A stretch of DNA of 64,000 nucleotides from Eledone cirrhosa. Lineage: Eukaryota. This document shows, in pieces, positions 37,346 through 52,110 of the stretch. Below the pieces are notes generated by a model that was not told the origin of the DNA, did no database searches, and saw only the letters and a list, made by a program, of their open reading frames with translations. The stretch is taken from positions 124,372,001-124,436,000 of the forward strand of contig OZ024745.1 of assembly GCA_964016885.1 (NCBI GenBank). The letters run 5' to 3'. Position numbers and translations under genes: made by a program. Every line of letters starts with the position of its first letter. The stretch's first letter is position 1.

Positions 37346-38460
37346 ACGAAAGAGATGTGTTGGAAATCCCAGAAGAGACAGATGCTTCCTTAAATCTAAA
37401 CACCCTGTAATGAGTTAGTTGAGAATATCTATTCAGCAATCGATAGAAATATGAAGTACACCAAATCCAATGCTCCTAGCGGCAGCACTGTTTCTTCTAA
37501 TTTACGAGTGTAAACTCGGCCAGAATAGATAAGATTAAATGTTGAAAATGTATTTCTGAGAACAATTGACACACTAATTCTACATGCAGATTTGAAATCA
37601 ATGCCAGCATATTTTAAAAGAAAAAGATGGATGCCTGTCATGAAAAACTAAAATTTGTTTTCAAAATGCAGTCTTCAGGACCTAAACCTTATGGAAACAT
37701 ATCATATCCCATAAGATATTAAACTGATTAATTTTTATTTGATTATCAAACAAACTCTTTAACTAATCACTTACTTGTATTTCCAGGGTTAATGTGTCAC
37801 AATTTTATCTATATCAACTGAAACACTAACTCCTATTTGTTTAATGTGAATATATTTATAATTCAGATGTGACACACTGCCCCCCCCCCCCACATGCATA
37901 TTTAAAGAGAGAGAGAGAGAGAAAGAGACATTATGGGAATATTTATGTGTATATCTATATTAGATGCTACAATAAAGTCTCCTCTAAACTTAATGTTTGT
38001 TTATCCAGTGTATTAAATGATAAAATAGAATATTAAAATCATACATTAATTTGAAAGAAAATAGAAAACAAATGACCAGAATGACCATAGGTTAGCAACT
38101 AACTTTATGATGGCTAGTCCTGAATTCTTTTGCTCTTTAGTTGTTTTCATATACCATCATAAAAATATTTAAATGCTATTGTTTTTATTTGATTTTTATG
38201 TATTTTAATAGCTAGACAGTACACAAAATAAAAGTAATCTAATGTTCAATATTTACATTGTTAAGATTAACGTAATTATAATGTAATTATAAAAATGTAT
38301 ATATTTCGAAACCTTGAGAAAGATGGGTTCTGCCGGGCTTAAAATGATCAAGAAACGGCATATGCATCTATAACACAACACCCTTACAACTCCACCAGGA
38401 ATTACAGAACCATACCATGCATTTCACTGTCTATGGCTCTCTCCATCTCCCTCCCTCCCA

Positions 38461-38510
<50 letters not shown>

Positions 38511-38610
38511 TTATCTATCTATATATCTATCTATTTAGTGTGTTGGTGTATAAAGTTTAGTTACAGATGGTTCACCCGTTTGAGCACTCGGCGCTAATAT
38601 TTAGGTGTGG

Positions 38611-38661
38611 CTACTACTACTACTACTACTACTACTACTGCTACTACTGCTACTACTGCTG

Positions 38662-38696
<35 letters not shown>

Positions 38697-38718
38697 GCTA
38701 CTACTGCTACTGCTGCTG

Positions 38719-38753
<35 letters not shown>

Positions 38754-38775
38754 GCTACTACTGCTACTGCTGCTG

Positions 38776-38813
<38 letters not shown>

Positions 38814-38889
38814 GCTACTACTGCTACTGCTGCTGCTGCTACTACTACTACTACTACTACTACTGCTACTACTGCTACTGCTGCTGCTG

Positions 38890-38948
<59 letters not shown>
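38611..38948. repeat. compound (CTA/CTG)n microsatellite
   Basis: Direct reading; source of the poly-S/L/T/Y ORFs. Confidence 0.95.
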
Positions 38949-38949
<1 letters not shown>

Positions 38950-38966
38950 ATAATAATAATAATAAT

Positions 38967-39321
38967 CATGGCTGATTGTAGATGTAGCCTTCCCATTTGA
39001 CACGAGAGTGCAAGAAATGGAGAGGGAGAAAATTAACCGATACCAGGATTTAAAGTGGGAGGTAAAAAGGATTTGGAACTGTCATGAAATCAAGGTCGTC
39101 CTGATTGTCATAGGCGCACTAGGTACTATCTCAAAGAGTTTCCAAGGATGGTAAAAGAACATTAGTCCAACCCCGTTTTTTGGAACACTTAAAAAGGCAT
39201 GCTTGCTGGGAACAGCAAGAACCCTCCGATATGTCCTGAATATCTGAGGCTGCAGGTAGCGGCTTGATATTCATTTGGACAAACTTTTCAGTTAAATAAC
39301 ATCAATGACTGAGACACCAAG
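38967..39321 (+). mobile_element. Dong/R4 family D1 3' fragment
   Basis: Near-identical to 21760-22111 and 44680-45021; (TAA)n flanks. Confidence 0.9.
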
Positions 39322-39371
39322 AATAATAATAATAAGGAGCAGGAATGAAGTATCAATATAACATCATTTTT

Positions 39372-39517
39372 GTAGCATAGGGTTATGGCCCTTTACGTTC
39401 TGAGTTTAAATCCTGCTTAGGTTAAATTTTCCTTTCATCCTTACGGGGTCGATAGAACAAAGTAGCAGTAATGCACTGGGTTAATTACTGACCTTGTGCC
39501 AAAAGTAGTAACAATAA
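39372..39517 (+). mobile_element. SINE family A, partial
   Basis: Family A match. Confidence 0.8.
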
Positions 39518-39521
39518 TATA

Positions 39522-40135
39522 TCTATATATATAAAATAGCTTGTTTTGTTTATCTGTTTCTCTCCAATGCACTTAAAAAGGAGTGGAGTAATCATATTTA
39601 AACTTGGCATGTGGCTGATCATAAAACTTTATATATTTTTTCCTTCTTTTAGTGTTTGTTCTGCACAAATGTATGAGTTTCATTTTCTTGTTTTGTATTT
39701 ACATTCAAAAGAATTCTAGAATTCTTTGTTAATATTTACAAAAGGGTAGAATATTTAATATAGAGAATTTAATAGAAAGAGTTATTATTATGATTGTAGT
39801 TATCTTGCAAATATTGCTTGTATAGCAAAATCGTTGCTGTGGTAAATTTTCTGTTTTCTATATTTACTAGAGATGTAGTTGTTAATTGTTATGTAAAAAG
39901 AGAAGAAAGATAACATTAAAATACTTGAGAATTCTTTATTTAATCTATGAGAGGAATTATATTTAAGGTAGGCGAAAAACAGTCTTGAAAATGTATGCAG
40001 AATGTTATGTGAGCAAGACATTGTAAAATTGGCTGTATCTGCTTTAATAGAGCTTTATCTGACTTTGAAACCTCTAACAATTAGACAGAAGATAAATCCT
40101 GGTCAAACCCATCATCGCTATATGAGTGTGTTTAG
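39522..40135 (+). mobile_element. possible decayed non-autonomous Helitron
   Basis: A|TCTATATATATAAAA start; degenerate hairpin and TTAG|T end. Confidence 0.3.
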
Positions 40136-40401
40136 TTAATAATTGTTTCTACTTTAAGCACAAGGCCTGCAATTTGGGGGAAGAGAAAGTCGATTAAATT
40201 GATGCAATACTTAATTAGTAGTTTATTTTGAAGGATGATAGAGAGACTTCTGCAAGTTTGTGAAGGGAAATAATGATAAAATGGGAGATCTAAGATCATA
40301 TATATGTACATTTGGCTATCTCTGTACGATAGTTTGCCAAATTCTAATGCACACACACAAACACACACATACATACCATCATCATCATCATTATCATTAT
40401 G

Positions 40402-40590
40402 AGTGGATTGGCAGTATCGGTGGAGGGTTGGACACCATGCTTTGATGCATAGAGTTACGGCTCTTGCCATTCTGAGTTCAAATCCCGCCAAGGTTAACTT
40501 TACCTTTCATCCTTACGGGGATCAACAAAATAAAGTACCAGTAATGCACTGGGTCATTGCTGGCCTTGTGCCAAAAGTAGAAACAATTAT
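40402..40590 (+). mobile_element. SINE family A, followed by a minus-strand RTE 3' fragment (40590-40775)
   Basis: Family A match; ATTATCATTAT direct repeats. Confidence 0.88.
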
Positions 40591-40913
40591 CATTATTTTA
40601 CCTCCACTTTTCCTGCTTGCAAGGATTGGACGGGTCCTATTCAGCACAGCATCTCTCCACTTGTCACGGTCATTCGTCATCTCCTGGGTGAGTTTCAGCG
40701 ATCTGAGGTCTGCTCTCACCACCTCTGCCCATGCTTTTCGTGGTCTACCTCTACTGTGTCTTCCTTCTACTGGGATAAATATGTGTGTATATATAAAATG
40801 CCGACTGCAGGAACAAAAGTGGTTGGGATTTTACATATCTCTATACCCACTCTACATTTCCCCATGTATTGAGTACTCCCATGGTTAGTGGTCTACTCAG
40901 TATTAGCCCTGCG

Positions 40914-40957
<44 letters not shown>

Positions 40958-41019
40958 CATATATATATGTGTGTGTATGTGTGTGTGTGCACGTGTGTGT
41001 GTGCATGTGTGTGTGTGTG

Positions 41020-41420
41020 GATAAGGTGATGACACAGGACCGAGACCTCTGGCATTATGCAGTAATACAGAAGACCCAAGTTCCCACAGGTACAAGCTGA
41101 AGCTGAAGCATAGAGACAATATGCCGCCACCTCCTCCCACTGTAAAGTGGTCATGTAGGTGTCATGATGCAAAGCACCCAGTACATACTGTAAAGTGGTT
41201 GTGTAGGCGCCATGGTAAAAAAACACCCAGTACTCACTGTAAATGAGGTTGGTGAAAAGGAAGGGCATCCAGCTGTAGAAACCAAGCCTAAACCAGTTCT
41301 GTATGAGCAAGACATAGTTACCTGACCTGGCATTGCCCACAACAGGACAACCTCTCTAACTCATGCTAGCGTGGAAACATTGACGTAAAACGGTGATGAT
41401 GATGATGATGATGATTATGA
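41020..41420 (+). mobile_element. RTE 3' end
   Basis: Matches 10585-11018; (GAT)n tail. Confidence 0.85.
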
Positions 41421-41880
41421 TATAAGTGTAATTAGTTATATATAGTGGAAAATATAAAAATTTAAAATTAGTATAATTAGTCATTGATAATTGAAAGAAT
41501 AACCAAAATTGGTATCCGAGTATATAATATGTTTAAGCAAATACTTAAGTAAGTATAAAGCACATAAGACAATAAAGAATTCAAAGATAAATATTTGAAA
41601 TATCACTTAAAATGTCTTTTCAAAAGTAGATCTGTCTCAATGGTTGAGTGGTAAAAGTGCCGGTTACATAACTGTAAAGTTCATATGACACAGTCTATAA
41701 AGTGAAGAAGAATTTTATTTATATTCCTCCTTTTGCTAGCTAGAAGTTAGAATGTAGATGCATCAACTGACTGTTCGTTATCATCCATTGGCTATGTTAG
41801 GTTCTGCTGTTCATTGTATTACAATTATATGAAATATAATTTGTTAATCCGTCATGGATTAACAAATTACAAATCATCAG

Positions 41881-41933
41881 GAGATTCCTGATGATTTCAA
41901 ATGAATGAAACAGTTCTAGTCCTGTAGAATCTC
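41881..41933 (+). ncRNA. type I hammerhead ribozyme motif (family H2)
   Basis: GAGATTC-CTGATGA-T-TTC[AAAT]GAA-T-GAA-ACAG[TTCTAGTC]CTGT-A-GAATCTC; perfect 7-bp stem I, 4-bp stem III, GUA triplet. Confidence 0.85.
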
Positions 41934-41945
41934 ATCTATATAAAA

Positions 41946-42270
<325 letters not shown>

Positions 42271-45021
42271 CTTCACCACTGCAACAATATCCTCAAAGCA
42301 ACAGCAAATGCGGTGAGGAAATTACTTGGCATAAAAGCGAGAGGAAACAACAAAAAAGAAAGATCAGAACCTTGGTGGAAGAAACGACTGAATGGTCAAA
42401 TCAGGGAAATGAGAAATGACATTGGAAAGCTTGAATCACTACTGAATGGGACACTAAAAAACATAGACACTAAAAATAGACTGGAAATAAAGTACAAAAC
42501 TAGGAGGAAAAAGCTAAATATTATCATAGAGGAACTGAAGCAACGCATTGTAGCAAAGCGTGCAAAGATTAGGAGATATGAGAGCAGAGTCAGTCAGTAT
42601 AGACAGAACCGCATGTTTGACAACAACCAGAAGATGTTGTTTGGACAGCTTGAAGGGAAAGAAAGAGGCAATGACTTGATCCCTAAGGCGGAACAGACTA
42701 AGACATTCTGGAGAGGAATATGGGAGCAGGATGTTAAACATAATGATCAGGCAGTGTGGATTGAGACAGTACAAAAGAAGATTAGTGAACAGGCACACCA
42801 ACAAACTGATTTGAGTATCACAGTTGAAACTCTTAAGGGGCAGGCCAAAAATCTAACCAACTGGAAATCACCAGGCCCAGATGGTGTGCAGGGTTATTGG
42901 ATTAAAAATATAACATCCCTCCACCCGAAACTGACAACCATGTTCAATGACTGCTTGATGTCAGGTGAGGTACCAGAGTGGTTGACAAAAGGTACCACAG
43001 TTCTGGTAATGAAAGACCGAATCAAGGGTAATGATGTTTCCAACTACAGACCTATCACATGTCTGTCCGTAATGTGGAAACTGTTGACAAGCATTGTGTC
43101 TGAGGAAATCTACCATCACCTCCACACAAACAACTTGTTAGCGACGAACAGAAAGGATGCCGAAAGAAGTCCCGTGGGTCAAAAGACCAGTTACTTATTG
43201 ATAAGATGGTAATGAGGAATTACAAGAGGAGACACACTGATCTTGCCATGGGATGGATAGACTACAAAAAGGCATTTGACATGGTGCCTCATTCTTGGAT
43301 CACCAAAAGCCTAGAGATCTTCAAGGTGGCATATAACATCAGACAGTTATTGAGCAAAAGTATGAAGTCCTGGAAAACAGAGTCAACATCAGGTGGAGAA
43401 TCCTTGGGAGGCGTGAAGATCAAGAGAGGTATCTTCCAGGGAGATAGTCTGTCCCCTCTGTTGTTTGTCCTTGCCCTGATGCCCCTGACCATTATACTGC
43501 GAAAAGTGAGAGCAGGATACAAGTTGGGAAAGGAAGAGCTTACCATCAATCATCTCCTCTTCATGGACGATCTTAAACTCTTCGGGAAGAGTGAGAAGGA
43601 GTTGGATGTACTTGTTGACACTGTCCGTATTTTCAGCAGTGATATATGTATGCAATTTGGTATTAGTAAGTGAGGAGTCCTAGTGATGAAGAGGGGTAAA
43701 TTGAGCAGGAGAAACGGAATCCAGGTACCAACAGGTGAGATGATAAAGAAATAGACACTGAAGAAGGGTACTAATATTTAGGTGTTATGGTGGCAGATGA
43801 CATCAAGAACAAAAAAATGAAGGAATTGATAAGATCTGAGTACATTAGGAGAGTAAGGAGCGTATTAAAATCACATCTAAATAGTAGGAATGTCATAAGA
43901 GCAGTAAATTCCCGAGCTGTGTCTATTATTAGGTACAGTGCGGTAATTCTGAGATGGAATGATGCTGAACAAAAAGAAATGGATAGGAAGACTAGGAAGC
44001 TATTGACTATCTACAACATGTTCCACAAGCGGAGTGATGTCGATAGACTCTACTTAAGGAGATCTGAAGGTGGAAGAGGTCTTATCAGCATAGAGGACTG
44101 TGTTCAGATGGAGAAAAACAACCTACACAAATACGTGACTGATAGTAGGGAGCCAATGCTCAAAATTGTACTGAAGGAGAGGATCATAGACCAGGGGATG
44201 TCCAAGGAGGAAATAACAACAAGGAGTAAGAGCAACCTTCATGAAAATCCCTTCATAGTACCTTCTTTGAGAAAACTGAATTCAGAGATCCACAGACATG
44301 GAAATGGTTGAAAAGAGGAGACCTAAAAAAGGCTACAGAAGGAATGCTAATGGCTGCGCAAGAGCAGGTCCTCAAAACGAAGTTTTGTAGGATCTGTGGA
44401 GAGAGAGAGGAGACTGTCGTTCACATTGTATCCGAGTGTAAACAGCTAGCCCAGACTCACTATAAAGGCTGGAGACATGATGTGATGGGCAGGGTGATCC
44501 ACTGGCACCTGTGCAAAGTGAACAGTTTACCCCATTCTGAGAAGTGGTATGAGCATAAGCCAGAGTCGGTGACAGAAAACGATCAGGTGTATGTGCTGTA
44601 GGATGTTAGGATAAAGACGGACAAGAAACTGGAACACAATAGACCTGACCTGGTGGTTTCGGACAAGGAAAAAAGATCATGCCTGATTGTGGATGTAGCC
44701 TGCCCATTCGACATGAGAGTGCAAGAGAAGGCGAGGGAGAAAATTAACCGATACCAGGACTTGAAGTGGGAGGTAAAAAGGATTTGGAACTGCCATGAAG
44801 TCAAAGTGGTCCCAATTGTCATAGGCGCACTAGGTACTATCTCAAAGAGTTTCCAAGGATGGTTAAAGAAAATTGGTCCCGCCCCGCTTTTTAGAACACT
44901 TCAAAAGGCATGCTTGCTGGGAACAGCAAGAACCCGCTGATACGTCCTGAATATCTGAGGCTGCAGGTAGTGGCTTGATATTCATTTCAACAAACTTTCC
45001 ATCAATGACTGAGACTCAAAG
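42271..45021 (+). mobile_element. Dong/R4 LINE family D1, long 5'-truncated copy with frameshifts
   Basis: [64 protein letters not shown]; (TAA)n flanks. Confidence 0.95.
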
Positions 45022-45033
45022 AATAATAATAAT

Positions 45034-45222
45034 AATTGTTTCTACTTTTGGCACAAGGCCAGCAATTATCCCAGTACATTACTGGTACTTTATTTTATCG
45101 ACCCCGTAAGGATGAACGGCAAAGTTAACCTCGGCGGGATTCGAACTCAGAATGGAAAGGGCCGTAACTCTTTGCTGCAAAGCATGGCTTTCGACCCTCT
45201 ACCGATACTGCCAATCCACCAC
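45034..45222 (-). mobile_element. SINE family A inserted in the Dong (TAA)n tail
   Basis: Family A match with (AAT)n on both sides. Confidence 0.9.
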
Positions 45223-45372
45223 CCTAATAATAATAATAATAATATATATATATATATATATTATCCTTATCAAACCCTCTTTGGATTTTAGTTTTCACAT
45301 TTATTATTATTACTATATATATATATATATATGTGTATATATATATATACATATACATATATATATATATAC

Positions 45373-45444
<72 letters not shown>

Positions 45445-45483
45445 GATATTAACAAATGGAAACTATATTTATAAAAACATATT

Positions 45484-45548
45484 TATTTCATTATACATAT
45501 TTCAAGGACACCAAGTTAAATTATGGTGTGCTTTCATCAGATAAAATA
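45484..45548 (-). ncRNA. type I hammerhead ribozyme motif (family H3)
   Basis: Reverse complement of 47955-48019. Confidence 0.8.
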
Positions 45549-45794
45549 TAATATAGACCAGTTTTATAAATAAATATTGACATACCCTTAAAGAATGCAA
45601 CTATTACTGTTGGAAGCTCCCGTATTTTTACTCCAATTATTTGTTGAGTGCTTTATATCAGTTATAAAAATATTTGCTTGTTGTATCCCAATAATTTAAA
45701 TAGAACTTCTACACACACACACATATATATATATGCATATATATATATATATATGTATATAAAAAAAATATATATGTATGTATGTATTTAAATG

Positions 45795-45855
<61 letters not shown>

Positions 45856-45974
45856 TATATATGTATGTATGTATTTAAATGTATGTATATTGCTCTACGG
45901 TTTTTATATATTTGATATATATTTATCCTTATTGAGCCCTCTTTGGATTTTAGTCTTCAAATTTATTATTATTA

Positions 45975-47094
<1,120 letters not shown>

Positions 47095-47535
47095 CACATA
47101 TATATATATTTATATATTCCTTTCAGACACTTTTCGTAAAATGTTTGTTGCTTGGGGCTGAACATCTGTAAACCTTAAATGTAAACATTTATCCAAGTAT
47201 CTAACAAACATAAGAGAGAAGATGAGATCAAACTAGGTAAGTTTAGATAGACATACATAAACCATATCAACATCTATCTACTTATCCATTTTTCCATCTG
47301 TCTATCCATCTCTTCATCTATTTATCTACCTACCAAAATTAGTACCTAACTATACATCTATCTGTATATCTATCTATCCATAATATAACCCATGCTAGCG
47401 TGGAAAGTGGACGTTAAACGAGGATGATGATGATGATGATGATATATGTATGTATGTATATATATATATATATATACACACACATATATATATATATATA
47501 TACTAAGAGTGAGAAATGAAATTTCGTTTCATTCT

Positions 47536-47573
<38 letters not shown>

Positions 47574-47954
47574 AGAATGAAACAAAATTTCATTTTTCAC
47601 TCTTAGTATGGCACTTACTTAAATATAAGTAGGTATGTATGTATACGTACATACATATATGTATACAGACGTACAGTAGTATGTATATATATATACATAC
47701 ATGCACACATATATATATGCACATATCAGTTTACCGAACATTTATTATAATGCTCGGTATGTTTGTTTGTAAATAGCTAATAAGCTTGAAACTAGTTCAT
47801 CGTTCCTGTGTCAGTGTTGAACAAAAAGGTGACGTGGCTGCCTAAACACTGTACGGTGTAATCCGGGCTGTTTGTTTGTCCGGGAGCTTCCAACAGAAAT
47901 GGTCGCATTCTTTAAGGGTATGTCAATATTTATTTATAAAACTGATCTATATTA

Positions 47955-48019
47955 TATTTTATCTGATGAAAGCACACCATAATTTAACTTGGTGTCCTTG
48001 AAATATGTATAATGAAATA
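47955..48019 (+). ncRNA. type I hammerhead ribozyme motif (family H3)
   Basis: TATTTTAT-CTGATGA-AAGCACACCA[TAATTTAACT]TGGTGTCCTT-GAA-ATA[TG]TAT-A-ATGAAATA. Confidence 0.82.
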
Positions 48020-48153
48020 AATATGGTTTTATAAATATAGTTTCCATTTGTTAATATATTGTATTTTTACTCCAATAATTTGTTGAGTGCTTTATATCAG
48101 TTATAAAAATATTTGCTTGTTGTATCCCAACAAATTAAATAGAACTTCTAGAC

Positions 48154-48255
<102 letters not shown>

Positions 48256-48596
48256 GTATATATATATATATAAATAAGAAATCACATAACTATATCTGTC
48301 TATACCTATCTCTTTATCTATGGGTTTATTATCTATTTATTTATCTGTTTACTCATCTCCCTCTCTCTCGCTCTCCATTCCCTCCCTCTCCCCCTCTCAG
48401 TCTGTGTTCCTTACCGTTTAGTAGATAATACAAGAAATTGTTACATATAATGGGTACAGATGTTCAGCCCCAAGCAAAGGAAATTTCACAGTATTGGTCT
48501 AGAAGAAAAAAAAACGGTAAAGGGATTTATTTAGATATCATTTGAAATTGACAATAAAAGAAAAAACTAACATGCAAAGAGTAATATATATATATA

Positions 48597-48678
<82 letters not shown>

Positions 48679-48679
48679 C

Positions 48680-48746
<67 letters not shown>

Positions 48747-48811
48747 TATCTCTCTCTATATATATATACATATATATATATTATACATATATATATATAC
48801 ATATATATATA

Positions 48812-48903
<92 letters not shown>

Positions 48904-48908
48904 TATAC

Positions 48909-48949
<41 letters not shown>

Positions 48950-49288
48950 CATGTATATACGTATATATATATATATGTATATATATATACATACACATAT
49001 ATATATATATATGTAAAGACAGAGAGAGATACATATATACATACATACTTATGTGTGTATCTGTGTATAAGTGTATGTATGCATGTATGTATATATGTAT
49101 GTGTGTGTATATATATACATGTCTGAAGCTAAATTGTAATTCTATTCTCTCTCTCTCACACACACACACACACATATATATATACATATGTAAATATATG
49201 TATGTATATGCATATATATGTATATTTATATATACATATCATCATCATCATCATCATCATTTTCTGTCTGCTTTTCTCTGCTTGCAAG

Positions 49289-49328
<40 letters not shown>

Positions 49329-49985
49329 CATATATATATATACATGTATACATATATATAAATGTATATATATATATAAAAATGTATATATATATATATA
49401 TTATATATATATATATATATTATATATATATATATAGATAGATAGATGCATAGATATAGATAAATATAATAATAAAAATGAAAATCGGGAAGAAAAATAT
49501 GAAAAGAAAAGAAGGACGAGGGACAAGACATTTCTAAGTTCGTTCTTAGCTTCTATGAGGACAATTTTCGATATATTTCAATATCTTTCTCTCAACAAGC
49601 CATTTACTGACAATTCATTATATTGTAACTTGCAAAGTAGTTTTTGTTGCCTCAAGGCTGAGTTTCTAGTCGTCTCAAACTGTGTTTATGACCAATGCAG
49701 TTCTTCTTAAGAAAATAATCAGTTTGTATGATAGGTGACATTTCAATTTACTACAAACTACTGAGGGAAGAACCTGAAGGAATAGAAAGAAGGAGAAAAA
49801 TGAAAAAATAAATATACGGAGGTGATGTTTTGAAGGTTTTATAGAGACAATTCCCATAAATTATCAGTCATGTCAAATTTATTTGAAATTCATAAGTTAA
49901 TTAGCATTTCCCTTGTAGCTGTCTAAACTCTCTCTTTATATATATATATTTATAAATATATATAAAAATATATATAAATAAATAT

Positions 49986-50058
<73 letters not shown>

Positions 50059-50076
50059 TATATATATATATATATA

Positions 50077-50122
<46 letters not shown>

Positions 50123-50193
50123 GCTTAGATAGGGCTAGACATAAGATAGGGAAGGCCACATCATGGTACGACAACCAGAGATATCAGAGTGTC

Positions 50194-50664
50194 ATGTTTG
50201 TGGACGCCACCCCTGGAGGGAAATTAGCTAACCAGTGTAGAAAGGCCCTGAGAAAGACCGACTTAAAAATAAAGGTGGTAGAAAAGCCAGGAACCACCAT
50301 AAAATCCCTGATCAGCAAAACCTACCCTTTTAAGAAAACCCACTGTACCAATAGGAAGTGTATCATATGTAAGGTGAACCCCCGGATAAACTGTAAAACT
50401 AGAAACGTAGTCTATAGCATAAGATGTACAGAGGGTACTTGCAGAAACATGACAACAACATACATAGGTGAGACAGCTCGTAGCATAGGTGAAAGGATAG
50501 ACCAACACTGGGGGGAACTAAAAGGACGAAAAAACAGGTCAGTACTATACGAACATGCTAGACAACAACATGACGGTAACATAGACAACATAGAAATTAG
50601 AATAATATCTAAACATAGGAATGACCCAGCAGATAGGCAAATCAGAGAGGCCAGTGAAATATAA
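50194..50664 (+). CDS. GIY-YIG endonuclease fragment of a Penelope-like element
   Basis: VVY..YIGET motif with CCHH residues; premature stop just before the LNRKNEW end. Confidence 0.85.
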   Translation: MFVDATPGGKLANQCRKALRKTDLKIKVVEKPGTTIKSLISKTYPFKKTHCTNRKCIICKVNPRINCKTRNVVYSIRCTEGTCRNMTTTYIGETARSIGERIDQHWGELKGRKNRSVLYEHARQQHDGNIDNIEIRIISKHRNDPADRQIREASEI

Positions 50665-51027
50665 ATTAGAAGAACAAAGCTAAACAGAAAGAATGAGTGG
50701 AACAACAACAACACCCAAACAAACAACACTGACCTAAGAGAAGTATAAATAAGTAAATAAAATAAAATAAAATAAGATAAATAAATACATACACAAGCAC
50801 AATAACAACAAGCACATAAACACACACTAGTCACCCAGCAGACACAACACTATACACACTAGTCACACATCACACATAACACTATACACACACGCAAACG
50901 CATGCGCAAAGAAGACAAAATAAAATAAGATAAACAAACAAGCAAATAAATAAATAAATATATAGACAGACTGAATAAAAAATGGCGTAGACATACAACA
51001 CAACAGGAGGAACAATGAATATAACAC

Positions 51028-51065
51028 CACTGACGATGTTGCAGATGTGCAACGAAAGATTTATG
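51028..51065 (+). ncRNA. minimal type I hammerhead motif (weak stem I)
   Basis: CA-CTGACGA-T-GTTGCA[GATG]TGCAAC-GAA-AG[AT]TT-A-TG; same relative position as 46769-46813 in the paralogous element. Confidence 0.75.
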
Positions 51066-51283
51066 TAAATTATGTAAACTATATATATATATATGTGTTT
51101 GTGTCTATATTGTATCTGTATTATTTTTGACCGCTGGTCAGTCAATGGCAACATTGAGGACCGAGTAAGTTAGATCGCAGATATAATAAAAGACAGCGAG
51201 AAGCGAAAACCAACTAAACAGTGAGTGTGTTCTGTTATTAATTCTGGCAATATTACGCAAATATGACCCTCCCCAAGTATAAC

Positions 51284-51540
51284 GAAAGGTTGTGAGTTCA
51301 ATTCTCAGGCCGGGTGATGTGTTGTTTCCTTGAGCAAGACATTTTATTTCACATTGCCCCAGCTTACTCAGCTGTAGAAATGAGATGATAGGGACTGGGG
51401 TCCCTATCATTCCACTGCAAAGTGGTCGTGGAGGTGCCACGGCAAAGCAGCACCCAGCACTCACTGTAAATGAGGTTGGTGTTAGGAAGGGCATCCAGCT
51501 GTAGAAATCAAGCCAGAATCAGCACCCCCCCTTACAAGCA
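51284..51540 (+). mobile_element. SINE family B, truncated
   Basis: Family B match; abuts the Penelope pseudo-LTR. Confidence 0.85.
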
Positions 51541-51697
51541 TATGTATATATAGTAATATATATGTATAAATATACACAGTAAATTTTCTGTCTATAACTA
51601 CGAGGGTATAAGATACCACTAATGTTTTAAATATTTAATCTTAACCATACAGTATGATATATTCATTTTATACTGACCGTATCAAAAACATTTCATC

Positions 51698-51781
51698 TCT
51701 CGGACAGATTTTAGACTCAATCTGTTTTGGCCTGAAAAATTGTGTTAGTAACAGATAATCTGTAGGCTATCATCAGCAAGA
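51698..51781 (-). ncRNA. type I hammerhead motif, probably inactivated (G12 to A)
   Basis: Minus strand TCTTG-CTGATGA-TA-GCCT..AGGC-C-AAA-ACAGATT[GAGTCTAA]AATCTGT-C-CGAGA. Confidence 0.65.
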
Positions 51782-51929
51782 TATAGATCAAATGAAACAA
51801 ATCACCTCTAACACCAATTTGAGGACCAAAGATATGTTCCTCGTGGTCTGCACGCTATACGTGGTATGAGTAGTTATGCTAGAAATAATAGCCTTATCCC
51901 ACTCACTTTATAAGCTCACATATATAAAG

Positions 51930-52110
51930 ACATTTTTTCCAATTCCAACTCACTCGGCCTCTCAATCTATTTCATTTCTCATTCTTTTTTCTGATGAAGG
52001 ACTAGTGTCCGAAACGTTAAGACCCTCTTCCTGCTATTTCAAGCGTTAACCTAATATATCCCTTCCATATACTGTACCGATTGTGTTGTTATTTCTGTGT
52101 ACCTTCTACA
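51930..52110 (+). mobile_element. family H1 repeat with intact minimal hammerhead at 51987-52022
   Basis: TTTT-CTGATGA-A-GGAC[TAGT]GTCC-GAAACGTT-AAGA; palindromic ACGT stem III; ends in (TA)n. Confidence 0.8.

Larger units (their letters stand above)
50120..51283 (+). mobile_element. Penelope-like element 3' end (Naiad-like linker, GIY-YIG, pseudo-LTR)
   Basis: [24 protein letters not shown]-x4-C-x2-[18 protein letters not shown]; paralogous to 46083-47040. Confidence 0.9.

Noticed and set aside
49556-49590. Minus-strand TGAG..GATAT/ATATC-GAAA..GTC-CTCA hammerhead-like fold
   Set aside because: The CUGANGA box is absent, so it cannot be called
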